The notes under the pieces were generated by a model, which was not told the DNA's origin, ran no database searches, and saw only the letters and a program-made list of their open reading frames with translations. Below, piece after piece: positions 40,959 through 55,583 of a stretch of DNA of 64,000 nt (positions are counted from its first letter, which is position 1; each line of letters starts with the position of its first letter). The DNA comes from Polyangiales bacterium. GTDB lineage: Bacteria > Myxococcota_A > Polyangia > Polyangiales > JADJQN01. The position numbers were made by a program, and so were the translations under genes. The stretch lies in NCBI GenBank assembly GCA_964202905.1, contig CAXNJO010000006.1:256001-320000 (forward strand), in the 5' to 3' direction.

Positions 40959-43601
40959 ATGCCGTCCGTGAAACGCCTCGCCTGCGCGGCCCTCGTCGCG
41001 TCGCTCTTCGTTCCGCTCACGTCCTGCGACGCGCCGCTCACGGAGGTCGTGGTCGTCGTCGAGAGCGACCTCGCGGTGCCCGGGCAGCTCGACGAGGTGG
41101 CCGTCCAGGTCGAGGGCGCGCTCGGCATTCCCGTGACGGCGAGCGCGAAGCTCGACGGGCCGGGCGCAGCGCGGCTCCCCGTGAGCGTCGGGCTGCGGCC
41201 GAGCGGCGATCCCGGGGGCGCGTTGACCATCCGCGCCATCGGCAAGCTGCGCGGCGCCCAGCAGATCGACGCGCAGGTCCGCACGAACTTCGTCGAAGGC
41301 CGGCGGCTGCTCGTGCGGATCACGCTGCGGGCGAGCTGCATCGGGGTGCGCTGCGCCGAGACCGAGACGTGTCGCGATGGGACGTGCATCGACGCCTTCA
41401 TCCCCCCGACGGAGCTCGAGACCTTCGCGGGCGACGCGGGTGCGCCAGATGCCGCCCCGCAGGACGCGGCGCCGGACGACGCCGGGTCGGCGGACGCCGA
41501 TCTCGCGGACATGGACGGCACGGACGCGGGCGAGGACCTCGGCGCGGATGCGGGCGAGGACCTCGGCGTGGACGCGGGCGAGGACCTCGGCGTGGACGCG
41601 GGCCGCCCGGATCTCGGCGCCGACGCGGGCGCCTGCAGCGTCGATCCGGCGACGCCATGCGAGCTGCCCGACGCGCCGTGCGCGAACGCGTCGCTGCGCT
41701 GCGAGGCGGGCGCGATCGTGTGTCGCCTGGACGCGACCGTGAAAGGCGCGGGCACGCCCTGCCGGCCGGCCGCCGGGCTCTGCGATCGCGCGGAGTCATG
41801 CGATGGCCTCGCGGCCGCGTGTCCGCCGGACGGCTTCGAGCCGACGACGACCGTCTGCCGCACGGCGACCCAGCCGTGCGACGTGCCCGAGGCCTGCACC
41901 GGCGCGAGCGTGTCGTGCCCCGCGGACACGCTCCTCGCGGCAGGCACGGTGTGCCGTGCCGCGCGCGACGTCTGCGATGTCGCCGAGCGCTGCTCCGGCA
42001 CCGCGCAGGCCTGCCCGGCGGACGACCTCGCGGGGGGCCTCACCGTGTGCCGAGCCGCGAGCGGCGCCTGCGACGTCGCCGAGACGTGCAGCGGCTCGGA
42101 CGACGCGTGCCCCGCTGACGGCTTCGTGGCGCCGGGCACCGAGTGCCGTGCGGGCGCTGCGATCTGCGACGTCGCGGAGCGCTGTGACGGAGCGTCGGGC
42201 GCCTGCCCCGCCGACGCCTTCCTGCCGAGCGCGACGGAGTGCCGACCGAGCACCGGGGCCTGCGACGTCCCCGAGACCTGCGGCGGTGCGAGCGCCGCGT
42301 GCCCCACGGACGGCTTCCTCCCGTCGAGCGTCGTCTGCCGAGCGGCGGGGCTCGGCGGGTGCGACGTCGCGGAGACGTGCAACGGGGTCGGGCCGCGCTG
42401 CCCGGCGGACGGCTTCTCGAGCGCCGGTTCCGCCTGCAGCGGCGGCTTCTGCACGGGGGTCGGCGGCGATGTGCTCGGCGGGATGCACGCCGGGCGTCCC
42501 GTGCACGGTCGTCGGCGCGGAGTGTCGCGTCGGTGCCATTGTCTGCGATGGTGATGGCGTGCCTTCGTGTGTCGTCGGTGCGCGGCGTCCTGCGGGCACC
42601 GAGTGCCGCGCCGCCGCCCCCGGCGGGTGCGACCGGGCCGAGACGTGCGACGGCCTGAGCAACGCGTGCCCCGCGGACGCGTTCGTGGTGTCGGGCACCG
42701 TGTGCCGCGCGGCGTCGGGGCTCTGCGACGTCGCCGAGACGTGCAGCGGCGCGTCCGCGACGTGCCCGACCGATGGGGTCGCGGGCGGCTCCGTCGCGTG
42801 CCGGGCCTCGGCGGGCCCATGCGACGCCGCGGAGGTGTGTGACGGTGTGGCGAGGGGCTGCCCGGGGGACGCCTTCGCGTCCCCGAGCGTGATTTGCCGC
42901 GCGGCGGGGGGCGCGTGCGACGTCCTCGAGACGTGCACGGGCACGGGCGCGTCGTGCCCTGCGGACACCCGGGTCACGCCGGGGACGGTCTGCCGCATGG
43001 CGGCCGGGGTGTGCGACGTCGCCGAGACGTGCAGCGCGGCGAGCGTGAGTTGCCCGGCGAACGGGTTCGCGTCGGCGGCGACCGTGTGCCGTTCCGCGAA
43101 CGCCGGGGGCTGCGATGTCGCCGAGTTCTGCACCGGTGGGGGCGGAGCGTGTCCGGGCGATGGCTACGCGGGCGCGGGCACCGTGTGTCGGGCCTCTGCC
43201 GGGGAGTGTGACGTGGGCGAGTTCTGCCCCGGCGGGACCAGTGTTTGCCCAGCCCGACCTGATGGTGGCGCCCGGGTCGGTGTGCCGCGACGTCCGTGAT
43301 GCCGTGCGACGTGGCGGAGTTCTGCCTGGGGAGTCCGTGGTGTCCGCCCGACGGGGTCAGCGCGGAAGGCACTGTGTGCCGCTCGCCGCGGGACCCCTGT
43401 GATGCGAGCGAGCTCTGCGACGGGCGCGAGTCGACGTGTCCCCCCGACAAGCGGATCCCCGACGATGGCGAGTGCGACACCGGCGCGTGTGGCTTCGAGC
43501 GGTGTCGCGACGGCTTGTGCGTCGGCGGCAGGATCTGCCGCGAGGGCGAGTACTGCGCGTGCGATGAGTTCTGTCTGCCGAACGGGAGCGCCTGCCTCTG
43601 A
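40959..43601 (+). CDS. Large Cys-rich lipoprotein with 16 disintegrin-like 32-aa repeats; three apparent frameshifts (~42457, ~43254, ~43290)
   Basis: Lipobox LTSC. CRxxxxxCDxxExCxGxxxxCPxD repeats continue across ORF-track frames 40671, 41803, 43115 and 43296. Confidence 0.82.
41523..41622 (+). repeat. 24-bp tandem repeat encoding DAGEDLG(A/V)
   Basis: GA(C/T)GCGGGCGAGGACCTCGGCG(C/T)G x3 plus one degenerate copy. Confidence 0.85.
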
Positions 43602-43620
43602 CGGCGCGTCGCGGAGGCTG

Positions 43621-45672
43621 CTAGCGCTCTGTGGCGTCGGTCGGGAGGCGCACGGAGAAGGTCGTCCCGACGCCCTCGAGCGTGCTGACCTCGATGTGTC
43701 CGCCGACGGCCGCGACGATGCGCTGCGAGATCGCGAGGCCGAGCCCCGTGCCGTGATCCTTGGTCGTCACGAAGGGCACGAAGAGGTTGGCGAGCACCTT
43801 CTGCGGGATGCCGGGGCCGGTGTCCTCGACGCGCACCTCGACGAAGGTGCGGCGCTGCCCGGTCGCGTCCTCGCGCGCGCGCAGCCCGGACGCGACCACG
43901 AGGCGCCCGCCGCTGCCCATCGCCTGGAGCGCGTTCTGCACGAGGTTGATGAGCACCTGACGGAGCTGCTCGACGTCGATGCGCGCCTGCGGGAGCCCCT
44001 CGGCGAGCGTGAGCTCCCAGGCGACGCCTGCCTCTTCGCACTCGGCGCCGAGCAGCTGCATCGAGCGGCGCACCGCCGCGTTCACGTCGATGGGTGCGGT
44101 GTCGCCGCGCGAGGGGCGGGCGTAGTCGAGGAAGGAGGCGACGACGCGGTTCAGGCGATCGACCTCCTCGACGATGATGCCGAGGAACTCGCCGCCGCCC
44201 GGCACGGCGTCTCCGGGTTCCTCCGCGAGGTACTGCGCGCTCGCCTTGATCGCGCCGAGCGGGTTGCGGATCTCGTGCGCGAGGCCGGCCGCCATCTCGC
44301 CGAGCGCGGCGAGGCGGTCGCGCTCCTTGAGCTGCTGGTAGACGCGTGAGTTCTGCACGGCGGTCGCGGCCTGCGCCGCGAGCCCCTTGAGCAGTTGCAC
44401 CTCCTCGGGCGCGAACGCGTCGCGCAGCCGCTCGTCGCGCACGCAGAGCAGGCCGTAGACCCCGTCGTCCCCGCGGAGTGCAGCGCAGACCGAGGCGTGC
44501 GTCGCGGCGAGCGTCGCGAGGATCTCCGCGAGCGCGCCCGCCTCCCGCGCCTCACCGAGCTCGCGCCGCTCCTCGAGCTCGCGCTCGAGCGCCTCGAGCA
44601 CGAGCGCGTCGTCCTTGCGCAGCCGCTCGAGAAACGGCCCCGACGGCGCGAGCTCGAGGTGGCCCATCGGCCGCGGCCCGTGGAAGCCAGCGAGCGCGAA
44701 GCCGCGCCCCGTGTCGTCGAGGAGGTAGAGCGAGGCGTGCGTCGCGCGCCGCGATTGCTCGAGCCCCGCGATGACCACGCGCGCGACGTCGTCGGTCTCG
44801 AGCACGCGCGCGAGGCGGGCGCGCAGCTCGCCGATCGTGCGCTCGAGGTCGTGCCGCTGCCGGAAGAAGAACTGCGAGATCTGCGCCTCGACCTTGGTGC
44901 GCACGGGGTCGAAGAGCAGGAGCACGACGAGCGCGGCGACGACCGAATGGAGGAAGAAGCGCCCGCTCGAGAACAGCACGAGCACCCAGAAGATCGACGC
45001 GAGCGTGAAAGCGACCGCCGTCATCACCGTGAGGCGCCCCGCGAGCTCGTAGAGGTCGAGGAGGCGCGAGCGGACGATCGATTGCGAGAGCACGTAGAGG
45101 AAGACCAGCGTCAGCACCGTCCCGACGGGCGGGATGTCGAGGCCGACGTAGGGCAGGTAGTCGAGGATCGTGAACGTCGCGGCGAGCGCGCCGACCAGCG
45201 TCAGATACGTCCCGCGCGCCCGGTCGAAGCGCGAGCCCTCCGCGCGCGCGCGCCCACCCATCATCAGGAGCGACGCGCCGAGCACGATCACGACGAAGAC
45301 GAAGATCGACGCGCGCACGACGATGTGCGCGTAGGCGGGCGTGAGGATGACGGCGGTGAGCGCGCCGCCCGCGAGCAGCGAGGCGCGCGGGAGGAGGGTC
45401 GCGTGCCGCGGATCGCCCGCGACGAAGGCCCGGAAGAACTGCACCGCCGTGACCGGGAGCAGCACGGCGCAGGTGAGGTTGACGCGCCCCCACGTCCCGA
45501 CGTCGCCGGCGACGGCCGCGAGGAAGGCCGTGAGGTACCAGGCCCCGACCGTCGCGGCGAAGAGCGCGAACAGCCAGTGCACGCGGCGCTTGCGCGAGCG
45601 CAGCCCGACCGACGCTGCGATGGCGACGCTGAGCACGGCCGCGATCAGCGAGGTCTGGGTGCGCAGATCCAC
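43621..45672 (-). CDS. Sensor histidine kinase (multi-TM N-terminus, GAF, HisKA, HATPase)
   Basis: AHEIRNPL, NLVQNA, EDTGPGI, GTGLGL; many TM segments. Confidence 0.94.
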   Translation of the reverse strand: MDLRTQTSLIAAVLSVAIAASVGLRSRKRRVHWLFALFAATVGAWYLTAFLAAVAGDVGTWGRVNLTCAVLLPVTAVQFFRAFVAGDPRHATLLPRASLLAGGALTAVILTPAYAHIVVRASIFVFVVIVLGASLLMMGGRARAEGSRFDRARGTYLTLVGALAATFTILDYLPYVGLDIPPVGTVLTLVFLYVLSQSIVRSRLLDLYELAGRLTVMTAVAFTLASIFWVLVLFSSGRFFLHSVVAALVVLLLFDPVRTKVEAQISQFFFRQRHDLERTIGELRARLARVLETDDVARVVIAGLEQSRRATHASLYLLDDTGRGFALAGFHGPRPMGHLELAPSGPFLERLRKDDALVLEALERELEERRELGEAREAGALAEILATLAATHASVCAALRGDDGVYGLLCVRDERLRDAFAPEEVQLLKGLAAQAATAVQNSRVYQQLKERDRLAALGEMAAGLAHEIRNPLGAIKASAQYLAEEPGDAVPGGGEFLGIIVEEVDRLNRVVASFLDYARPSRGDTAPIDVNAAVRRSMQLLGAECEEAGVAWELTLAEGLPQARIDVEQLRQVLINLVQNALQAMGSGGRLVVASGLRAREDATGQRRTFVEVRVEDTGPGIPQKVLANLFVPFVTTKDHGTGLGLAISQRIVAAVGGHIEVSTLEGVGTTFSVRLPTDATER

Positions 45673-45762
45673 GGGGCCCCGCCGAGTGTGCGGGACGCCG
45701 CGTGCCGCGACCAGCGGCGCGCGCGGCGTGGCGACGCGCATCGTGGGCGTGTCGGGGTGGTC

Positions 45763-45811
45763 TCAGCGCGCGGCGTCGCGGTCAGCGCACGGCGTCGCGG
45801 TCAGCGCGCGG
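45763..45811. repeat. 19-bp intergenic tandem repeat x2.6
   Basis: TCAGCGCGCGGCGTCGCGG / TCAGCGCACGGCGTCGCGG / TCAGCGCGCGG. Confidence 0.8.
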
Positions 45812-45860
45812 ACGCCCCGTTCACGTCGGTGGCGTGGCCGCCGAGAACGCAGGACCGCGA

Positions 45861-46525
45861 TCAGTACGTGCCCGGCTCGCGCACGGGCTGGCTCGGCTGG
45901 GGGGAGGGGTCGCCTGCCGCGGCGCCGCTGCGATCGCTCGGCTGCGGCGAGGGATCGCCGCCATTGGGCGGGGTCGCGAGGGGCTCGACGGTCGAGGGTG
46001 GCGGCGCGCTCGGCTGCGGGGAGGGGTCGCCCGCGGCGGCGCTGCTCCGCTGGAAGGTCGTCGCCCCGGTGGGGGTCGTCGGCTGGACCCGCGCGTCGAG
46101 GCCCCCGGCGAGCGCGCCGGGCTCGAGCGCGTCGATGCGCAGCAGGTCCGCGACGAGCCCGGCCGCGTCGACGCAGCGCGGCTCCCCGTCGACGATCACG
46201 GCGCACAGCGAGGGCGCGCCCTCGACGGGCGCGATCACGATGGCGTCGGCCGTTTCGAGCGTGTCCTCACAACCCGCCGGGAGCCCGCGCCACGCGGCTG
46301 GAGGGAGCGGCTCGCGCGCGGTCGTCACGAGGCCCGCGAGCGCCGCGGCTGCCTCCTCGTTCGAGCCGTGGCCGCCGGTCACGCAGCTGGCGCCGGTGAC
46401 GCCGAGCAGCGCCAGCGCGAGCAGCGCGCGCCCGCTCCGCCGCTGGCCGTTCGCATGCGCTTCGCGCGCGTTTCGTCCGGTTCCGTGACTCGCCATCGAT
46501 CCCTCGTTCTCGCTGCGCATCGTCG

Positions 46526-46529
<4 letters not shown>
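45861..46529 (-). CDS. Exported hypothetical protein with three GDPSPQPS repeats
   Basis: ATGA overlap with the activator stop codon; RRSGR-ALLALALLGVTGASC signal/lipobox-like segment; C-terminal repeats. Confidence 0.72.
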
Positions 46530-50401
<3,872 letters not shown>

Positions 50402-50665
50402 GCTCTCCGGCTCCTCGGCGGTGCGCGCGGGCCCGCCCGTCCCGCCAAGGTACGGGCCGGGCGCAGCGGACACAAGCAGCCGGAGATGGCTTGGCGCGGG
50501 CATCGCGCCCACCCGGCTGCAAGCCGCGTGCGCATGCCCCCCGCGGCGCGCCGCCAGGAAATCACGGGGGCTCGCGACGGCTGGCGTGCGGCACGCCGGG
50601 CGCGCCGTGCAGTTCCTGACGCCCACTCCGTGCAGCGGCACCCGCGCGGACCGATCCCGTCGCGT

Positions 50666-51826
50666 TCAGCGCCGCGTCGCGAGCTCGGCGAGGAGCTGGT
50701 CGACCTTCGCGAGCAGGGCGCGGTTTCCGTCCTGCGTGTGCCGGCGCAGCGCGTCGGCGTAGGCGTCCGCGCGCGCGAGGAAGGTGTCGAGCGCCTCGCG
50801 CGTCACCCGCTCGTGGTGCTCGCCGTAGCCGAGCAGTTCGAGGTAGCGCGCGCTCACGATCTGCTCGAAATGCCGGGCGATCGGGATGCTGTAGATGGGC
50901 TTGCCGAGGTACACGGCCTCGCCCATCAGCGTGAAGCCGCCGCCCGTGATGACGGCGCGCGCGCCCGCGAGGTCGTCGATGAACCCGGCCTCGGAGAAGC
51001 GCCGCAGCAGCACGTTCGGGGAAAAACGGAGATCGTCGCCCTCGGGGGTCGCGCGCTCGGCGACGAGCGCAGGCAGCGGGGCGTCCGGCCGCAGGAAGCC
51101 ATACACATGGAATGGCGTGTCGAGCCCTGCGAGCACCTCGAGCATGGCCGTGTTGCTGGCGCTCGTCTGGTAGACGAGGACGTGCGGGCCGCGGGTGGCG
51201 CGCGCCTTCGCCGCGAGGATCTCGGGCCGCAGAATGGGCGGGAAGAGCGAGGTCTCGCGGCGGTACTTCGGCTTGATCGGCGGGAAGAAGAAGGTCGTGA
51301 CGAGGTAGTGGCGTGCGCCCGTCATCTTCGTGCGGATGAGGTGGCGCGCGAGGTCGAAGTCCGCGCGGTAGTCGCGGAGCACCGTGCCGTTCTGGGCCTT
51401 CACCGTGAGCACGTCGTCGGGGTGCTGGAGCAGCGGGATCGCGTGCTGGTTGTCGATCGAGAGCAGCGGCTTGCCGTTCGCCTTCGCATAGAAGTACGCG
51501 AACGAGTCGAAGTCGCTGATGACCGCGTCCGCGTCGAAGCCACGCACCGCGCGCACCCAGGCGTCGACGTTGTCGAGCGCGTACCCGGCGCCCTCCGAGA
51601 GGATCTTCAGCGCGGTCGCGTCGCGGTCGACGGCGTTGTCCTCGTAGAGCAGCGGCAGGCCGCTGATCTCGACCACGTCGGCGAAGTGCTTCGAGAGGAA
51701 CGCGTGCGCGCGCCCGCTGACCACGATCTTCACGCGGTGCCCGCGGGACTCGAGGTGTTCGAGCACCACCCGGGAGCGCACCGCGTGCCCCATCCCCTCA
51801 CCGACCACGCCGTAGAGGATCTTCAT
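50666..51826 (-). CDS. Glycosyltransferase (MJ1255/VC2487-like, GT-B)
   Basis: KILYGVVGEGMGHAVRS, ISDFD, SIDNQH, GGFTLMGEA. Confidence 0.85.
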   Translation of the reverse strand: MKILYGVVGEGMGHAVRSRVVLEHLESRGHRVKIVVSGRAHAFLSKHFADVVEISGLPLLYEDNAVDRDATALKILSEGAGYALDNVDAWVRAVRGFDADAVISDFDSFAYFYAKANGKPLLSIDNQHAIPLLQHPDDVLTVKAQNGTVLRDYRADFDLARHLIRTKMTGARHYLVTTFFFPPIKPKYRRETSLFPPILRPEILAAKARATRGPHVLVYQTSASNTAMLEVLAGLDTPFHVYGFLRPDAPLPALVAERATPEGDDLRFSPNVLLRRFSEAGFIDDLAGARAVITGGGFTLMGEAVYLGKPIYSIPIARHFEQIVSARYLELLGYGEHHERVTREALDTFLARADAYADALRRHTQDGNRALLAKVDQLLAELATRR

Positions 51827-51895
51827 GGGGCCCTCCTCACCGCGTCCTCCGCCGAGCCGTGGCGGCACCGGGGACGCTCCATGCGGCGCCGCACG

Positions 51896-53006
51896 TCACG
51901 GCGCGGTGCAGTCGACGGGGTCCATCTCCGCGACCCACTGCCGCACGAGCGCGAGTCCCTCGCCGTGGACGACGACGCTGCCGAGCTCCGGCATGCGGAT
52001 CTCGGGCTCTTCGGAGGCCATGCGGCAGATGAGGATCGACTGGTCGGGGTTGCCCGGGACGATGTCGAAGTTGAGGCCGCACGAGCCGCGCCCCGCGGCG
52101 GGCGGCGTCTTGCAGATGCCGAGGCGCGTCGGGTCGGTCATCTCCCAGCCGAGGTAGAGCCCGCTCGGGCTCGCGCGTCCCCCGGCGCGGTGGCAGTGCG
52201 CGCAGTTGGCCTCGAGGTAGGCGCGGGCTCGAACCTCCGTCGTCACCGAGGGATCCGTCGTCGCCGGGTCCGTCATCGCGAGCCGCATCGCGCGCGGTGG
52301 CGGCGTGCGGTCGAAGAAGCCGAGCGCGGCCAGGTGATCGACCTGATTCTCCAGGCCGCTCCCGTAGTCGAAGTCGGAGTCGAGCTGGCGCGTCCGCGGC
52401 CCGAGCGGGCCGAGCACGTCCTCGCCGGCATGACAGGTGCGGCACTGGTTCGTGTTGGGGACGCGGTAGATGGACTCGCGCGTCACGCCCGCGCCATCGA
52501 GCCAGGCGTGCGTGAACGTCTTGCCGGCGATGGTGCGCACCGCCTCGGTCTGCGCGTCGTTCCACACGTACGTCATCGCGTCCCAACCCTCGGCGCGGCG
52601 CCAGAGGATGCGCGTCTCGATCAGGCGCTCGCCGCTCGCGGGATCGCGCGGGTCGTCGGCGTAGGCGAACGTCTTCACGAGGACGGTGTCGACGGGGTAG
52701 CCCCACATCGACTCGTCGTCGTACGCGATCGTCGTCCCCGGCGGCAGGCGCAGGAAGCGGTGCTTCGCGGCGTAGTCCGAGAAGAGCGGTGAGACCGGCG
52801 CGTAGGGCACGACGCCCGCGGCCGGCACCTGCGTGTGGCCATCGCCCTCGAAGAGTCCGCCACGCCGAGAGCGTCGCCGGCCACCCGTTCGCGTCGACGC
52901 CGCCGTCGGGCGATGCGGGGCGGCGGGCTCGCCGCCGCCGCACGCCGCGGACAGCAGAGCCGAGCACGATGAACGCAGAGCGCGAACGAGCTGGCGGAGG
53001 TGACAT
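51896..53006 (-). CDS. SO2930/HNE_0200-family diheme c-type cytochrome lipoprotein; several indels at ~52855-52965
   Basis: PLFSDYAAKHRF, ETRIL, CRTCH, RARAYLEANCAHCH, IVPGNPDQSIL, MPELG. The N-terminal signal is split across frames. Confidence 0.82.
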
Positions 53007-53030
53007 CGTCGGGGGCCTTTCCGTGGCGCG

Positions 53031-54366
53031 TCAGGGAGCGATCGTCGACCGGCGTGTGCGCGGGGTGCGTGCAGTCGTGCGGCGCGAGGTCGCGCGAGGG
53101 CATGACCTCGGCCGTCCCGCCCATGATGAACTGCGTCGCGACGTCGGCGGCGTCGAAGTTGATGAAGGTCTGCGCGGTGTTGCCGCGGATGCAGAGGCGC
53201 TTGTCGTCCATGCCTGCGAGCGCGGGATTGGCGTAACCATCGTAGAGGATGTCTTCGAGTACGGGGGTCTCGACGTCCGGCTGCGTCGCGGCGATCACGA
53301 CCTGCACGAGCGCGTTCGAGCTGGGGCTGCGGCCGTTGTTCGTGAAGGTGTTGTCGTGGAGGTTCAACGTCTCGTTCCACGTGTCGTACGGGGGCGCCGG
53401 GCGCGACTCACCGGCGAGCGAGATGAGCGACTCGTAGCTGACGACGAGCACGGCCGTCGTGTCGTTGTCGCGCACGTCGTTCGCGTCCATCTCGACGTCG
53501 TTGCCCGCGAGGATCATCACGCCGATGCCGTCCGGCACGAGGCCGATGATGCCGACGGCCGCGAAGTTGCGGCGGTTGTTCTCGTACACGTCGTTGTCGT
53601 GGAGGCGCGTCGTGCGCCCGTTCGGGATGGTGACGAGGTTCGGCAGATCGAAGACCAGGATGCCGGCCGTGTTGTCGAAGGCCTCGTTGCCGTAGACGTC
53701 GGCGTCGATGCAGTTCTCGATCTCGATGCCGGCGACGTTCTTGCGGGCGATGTTGTTGCGCACGATCACGTTGCGCGACTGCCCGACGTACACGCCCGCG
53801 TCGGCGGCGCCGACGATCTCGCAGCCCTCGATGAGCACATCGGTCGACTCGACCGGGTAGAGCGCGTACGCGCCGTTCGTCGAGAGCGCGGCGTCCGGCG
53901 TGCCGTCCGGCCCGTCCCAGGACACGCGCACGCGGCGGAAGGTGACGCCCGTCGCGGCGGTGACGCGGACGCCGTCGCCGCGCGTGTTCTTCACGGCGAT
54001 GTCCTCCATCACGAGGTCGTCGCCCGTGATGTCCATGCCCTGCGCGCCGGCCGTTTGCGCGTCGAAATCGAAGACCGTCGCGTTCGCGCCGTTCATGCCC
54101 GCGCCGCGGACTTTCACGCCATCGACGGAGAGCGAGATCTCCTCGGAGAAGGCGAACGTGCCCGGCGCGAAGCAGACGACGTCGCCGGTGGAGGCGCCGA
54201 TGAGCGCCTCCTGCACCTCGGTCTGCGCGGCCGCGCTGGGGCGCAGCACGACGGTGCAGTCGGCGGGGGCGACGTAGCCCGCGTCGTCGTCGTCGCCGCC
54301 GCAGCCAGCGAGCGCGAGGAGGAGGGCGGGGAGGACGGTGGGCAGCGCGTGACGGGGTCGGAACAT
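53031..54366 (-). CDS. Parallel beta-helix repeat lipoprotein (TIGR03805-like); probable indel at ~53047 near the C-terminus
   Basis: Lipobox LAGC; NGAYALYPV, GAADAGVYVGQS, NVAGIEIEN, NTAGILVFDLP. Typical partner of the SO2930 family. Confidence 0.85.
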
Positions 54367-54616
54367 GGGCACCTCGAAGTGGCGTTCACCATAACAGACC
54401 CGCGCGCGCGGGCGGGGGCTTGCGCGTCGTGGCGGCGCGTGGGCGCGGCGCAGCGCCGCAGGTGTCGCCGGACGCGGGGACCGGGCGCGCCGAAGGGCGC
54501 GTGCGCGTGCTCTGCCTCACCGCGCGCGCCGAGATGCGGTCGGCGTGTTTGACGGTCGTCGCGCCCGCCGACTACGCTGGCTCCCGCGGTGCGCCTCTGC
54601 GCCGCGAGGAGAGCGC

Positions 54617-55520
54617 ATGACCCGTTCGCGACACGCCGTGTTCCCTGCCGGACTCCTCTTCGTCCTCGCCCTCGGCGCGTGCGCGTCGGGCGTCGGCGAG
54701 CCGGGCGGTGGCGGATCGGGCACGGATCTCGGCGTGCGCGTGGACCTCGGGCCACGCGTGGATCTCGGCGCGACGGACCTCGGGGGCGGGCCGGGCGTGG
54801 ACCTCGGGATGTCGATGGGCTGCGCGCCGGGCGTGCGGCGCGGCCGAGTCGTGCTGCGGCGGTCGTTGCGTCAACCGCGCGACCGACGAGGAGAACTGCG
54901 GCACCTGCGGCACCGCGTGCGCCGCGGGGCAGGCGTGCGAGTCGGGCTCCTGCGTCGCCGCGTGCCCGACGCCCTGCAATCCGGGCGAGTCGTGCGTGGG
55001 CGGCGTCTGCAAATGCGGGCTCGGCGGCGCGTGCAGCACGGGGCAGTCGTGCTGCAGCGGCGCGTGCGCGGATCTGCAGACCAGCGAGCGCCACTGCGGG
55101 ATGTGCGGGACGGGCTGCGCGACGGGGCAGGATTGCACGGCGGGCCTGTGCCGCGCGCCCGTCGTCTGCACGCCTGCGTGCACGGGCGGGCTCACCTGCG
55201 TCGGCGGCGCCTGCGTGTGCGGCGCGACGGGCGCCGCGTGCCTGGCCGGGCAGACGTGCAGTGGCGGCTTCTGCGTCACGCCGACCTGCACGCCGTCGTG
55301 CACCGGCGGCCTCACGTGCATGGGCGGCCGCTGCGTCTGCGGTTCGACGGGCGGCGCGTGCCCCTCGGGGCAGATCTGCTCGGGCGGTTCGTGCGTGAGC
55401 GATGGGCTGTGCGGGGGCTCGACGTGCGCGCCCCTCTTCGAGACGTGCTGCGGCGGCGTGTGCTGTTTGGCACTCCCGGTCAATTTCTGCTTGGGCGGTG
55501 TAGTCTGCGCGATGCCTTGA
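54617..55520 (+). CDS. Cys-rich lipoprotein with Stig1/MXAN_6577-like repeats; +1 indel at ~54830
   Basis: Lipobox LGAC, DLG linker, DEENCGTCGTAC and TSERHCGMCGTGC. Confidence 0.8.
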
Positions 55521-55583
55521 TCGCTGAGCGAGCCGCGCGGGCCACCTATCCGCACGCGCGGATCTGCTAACGTCCGCGCGCCC

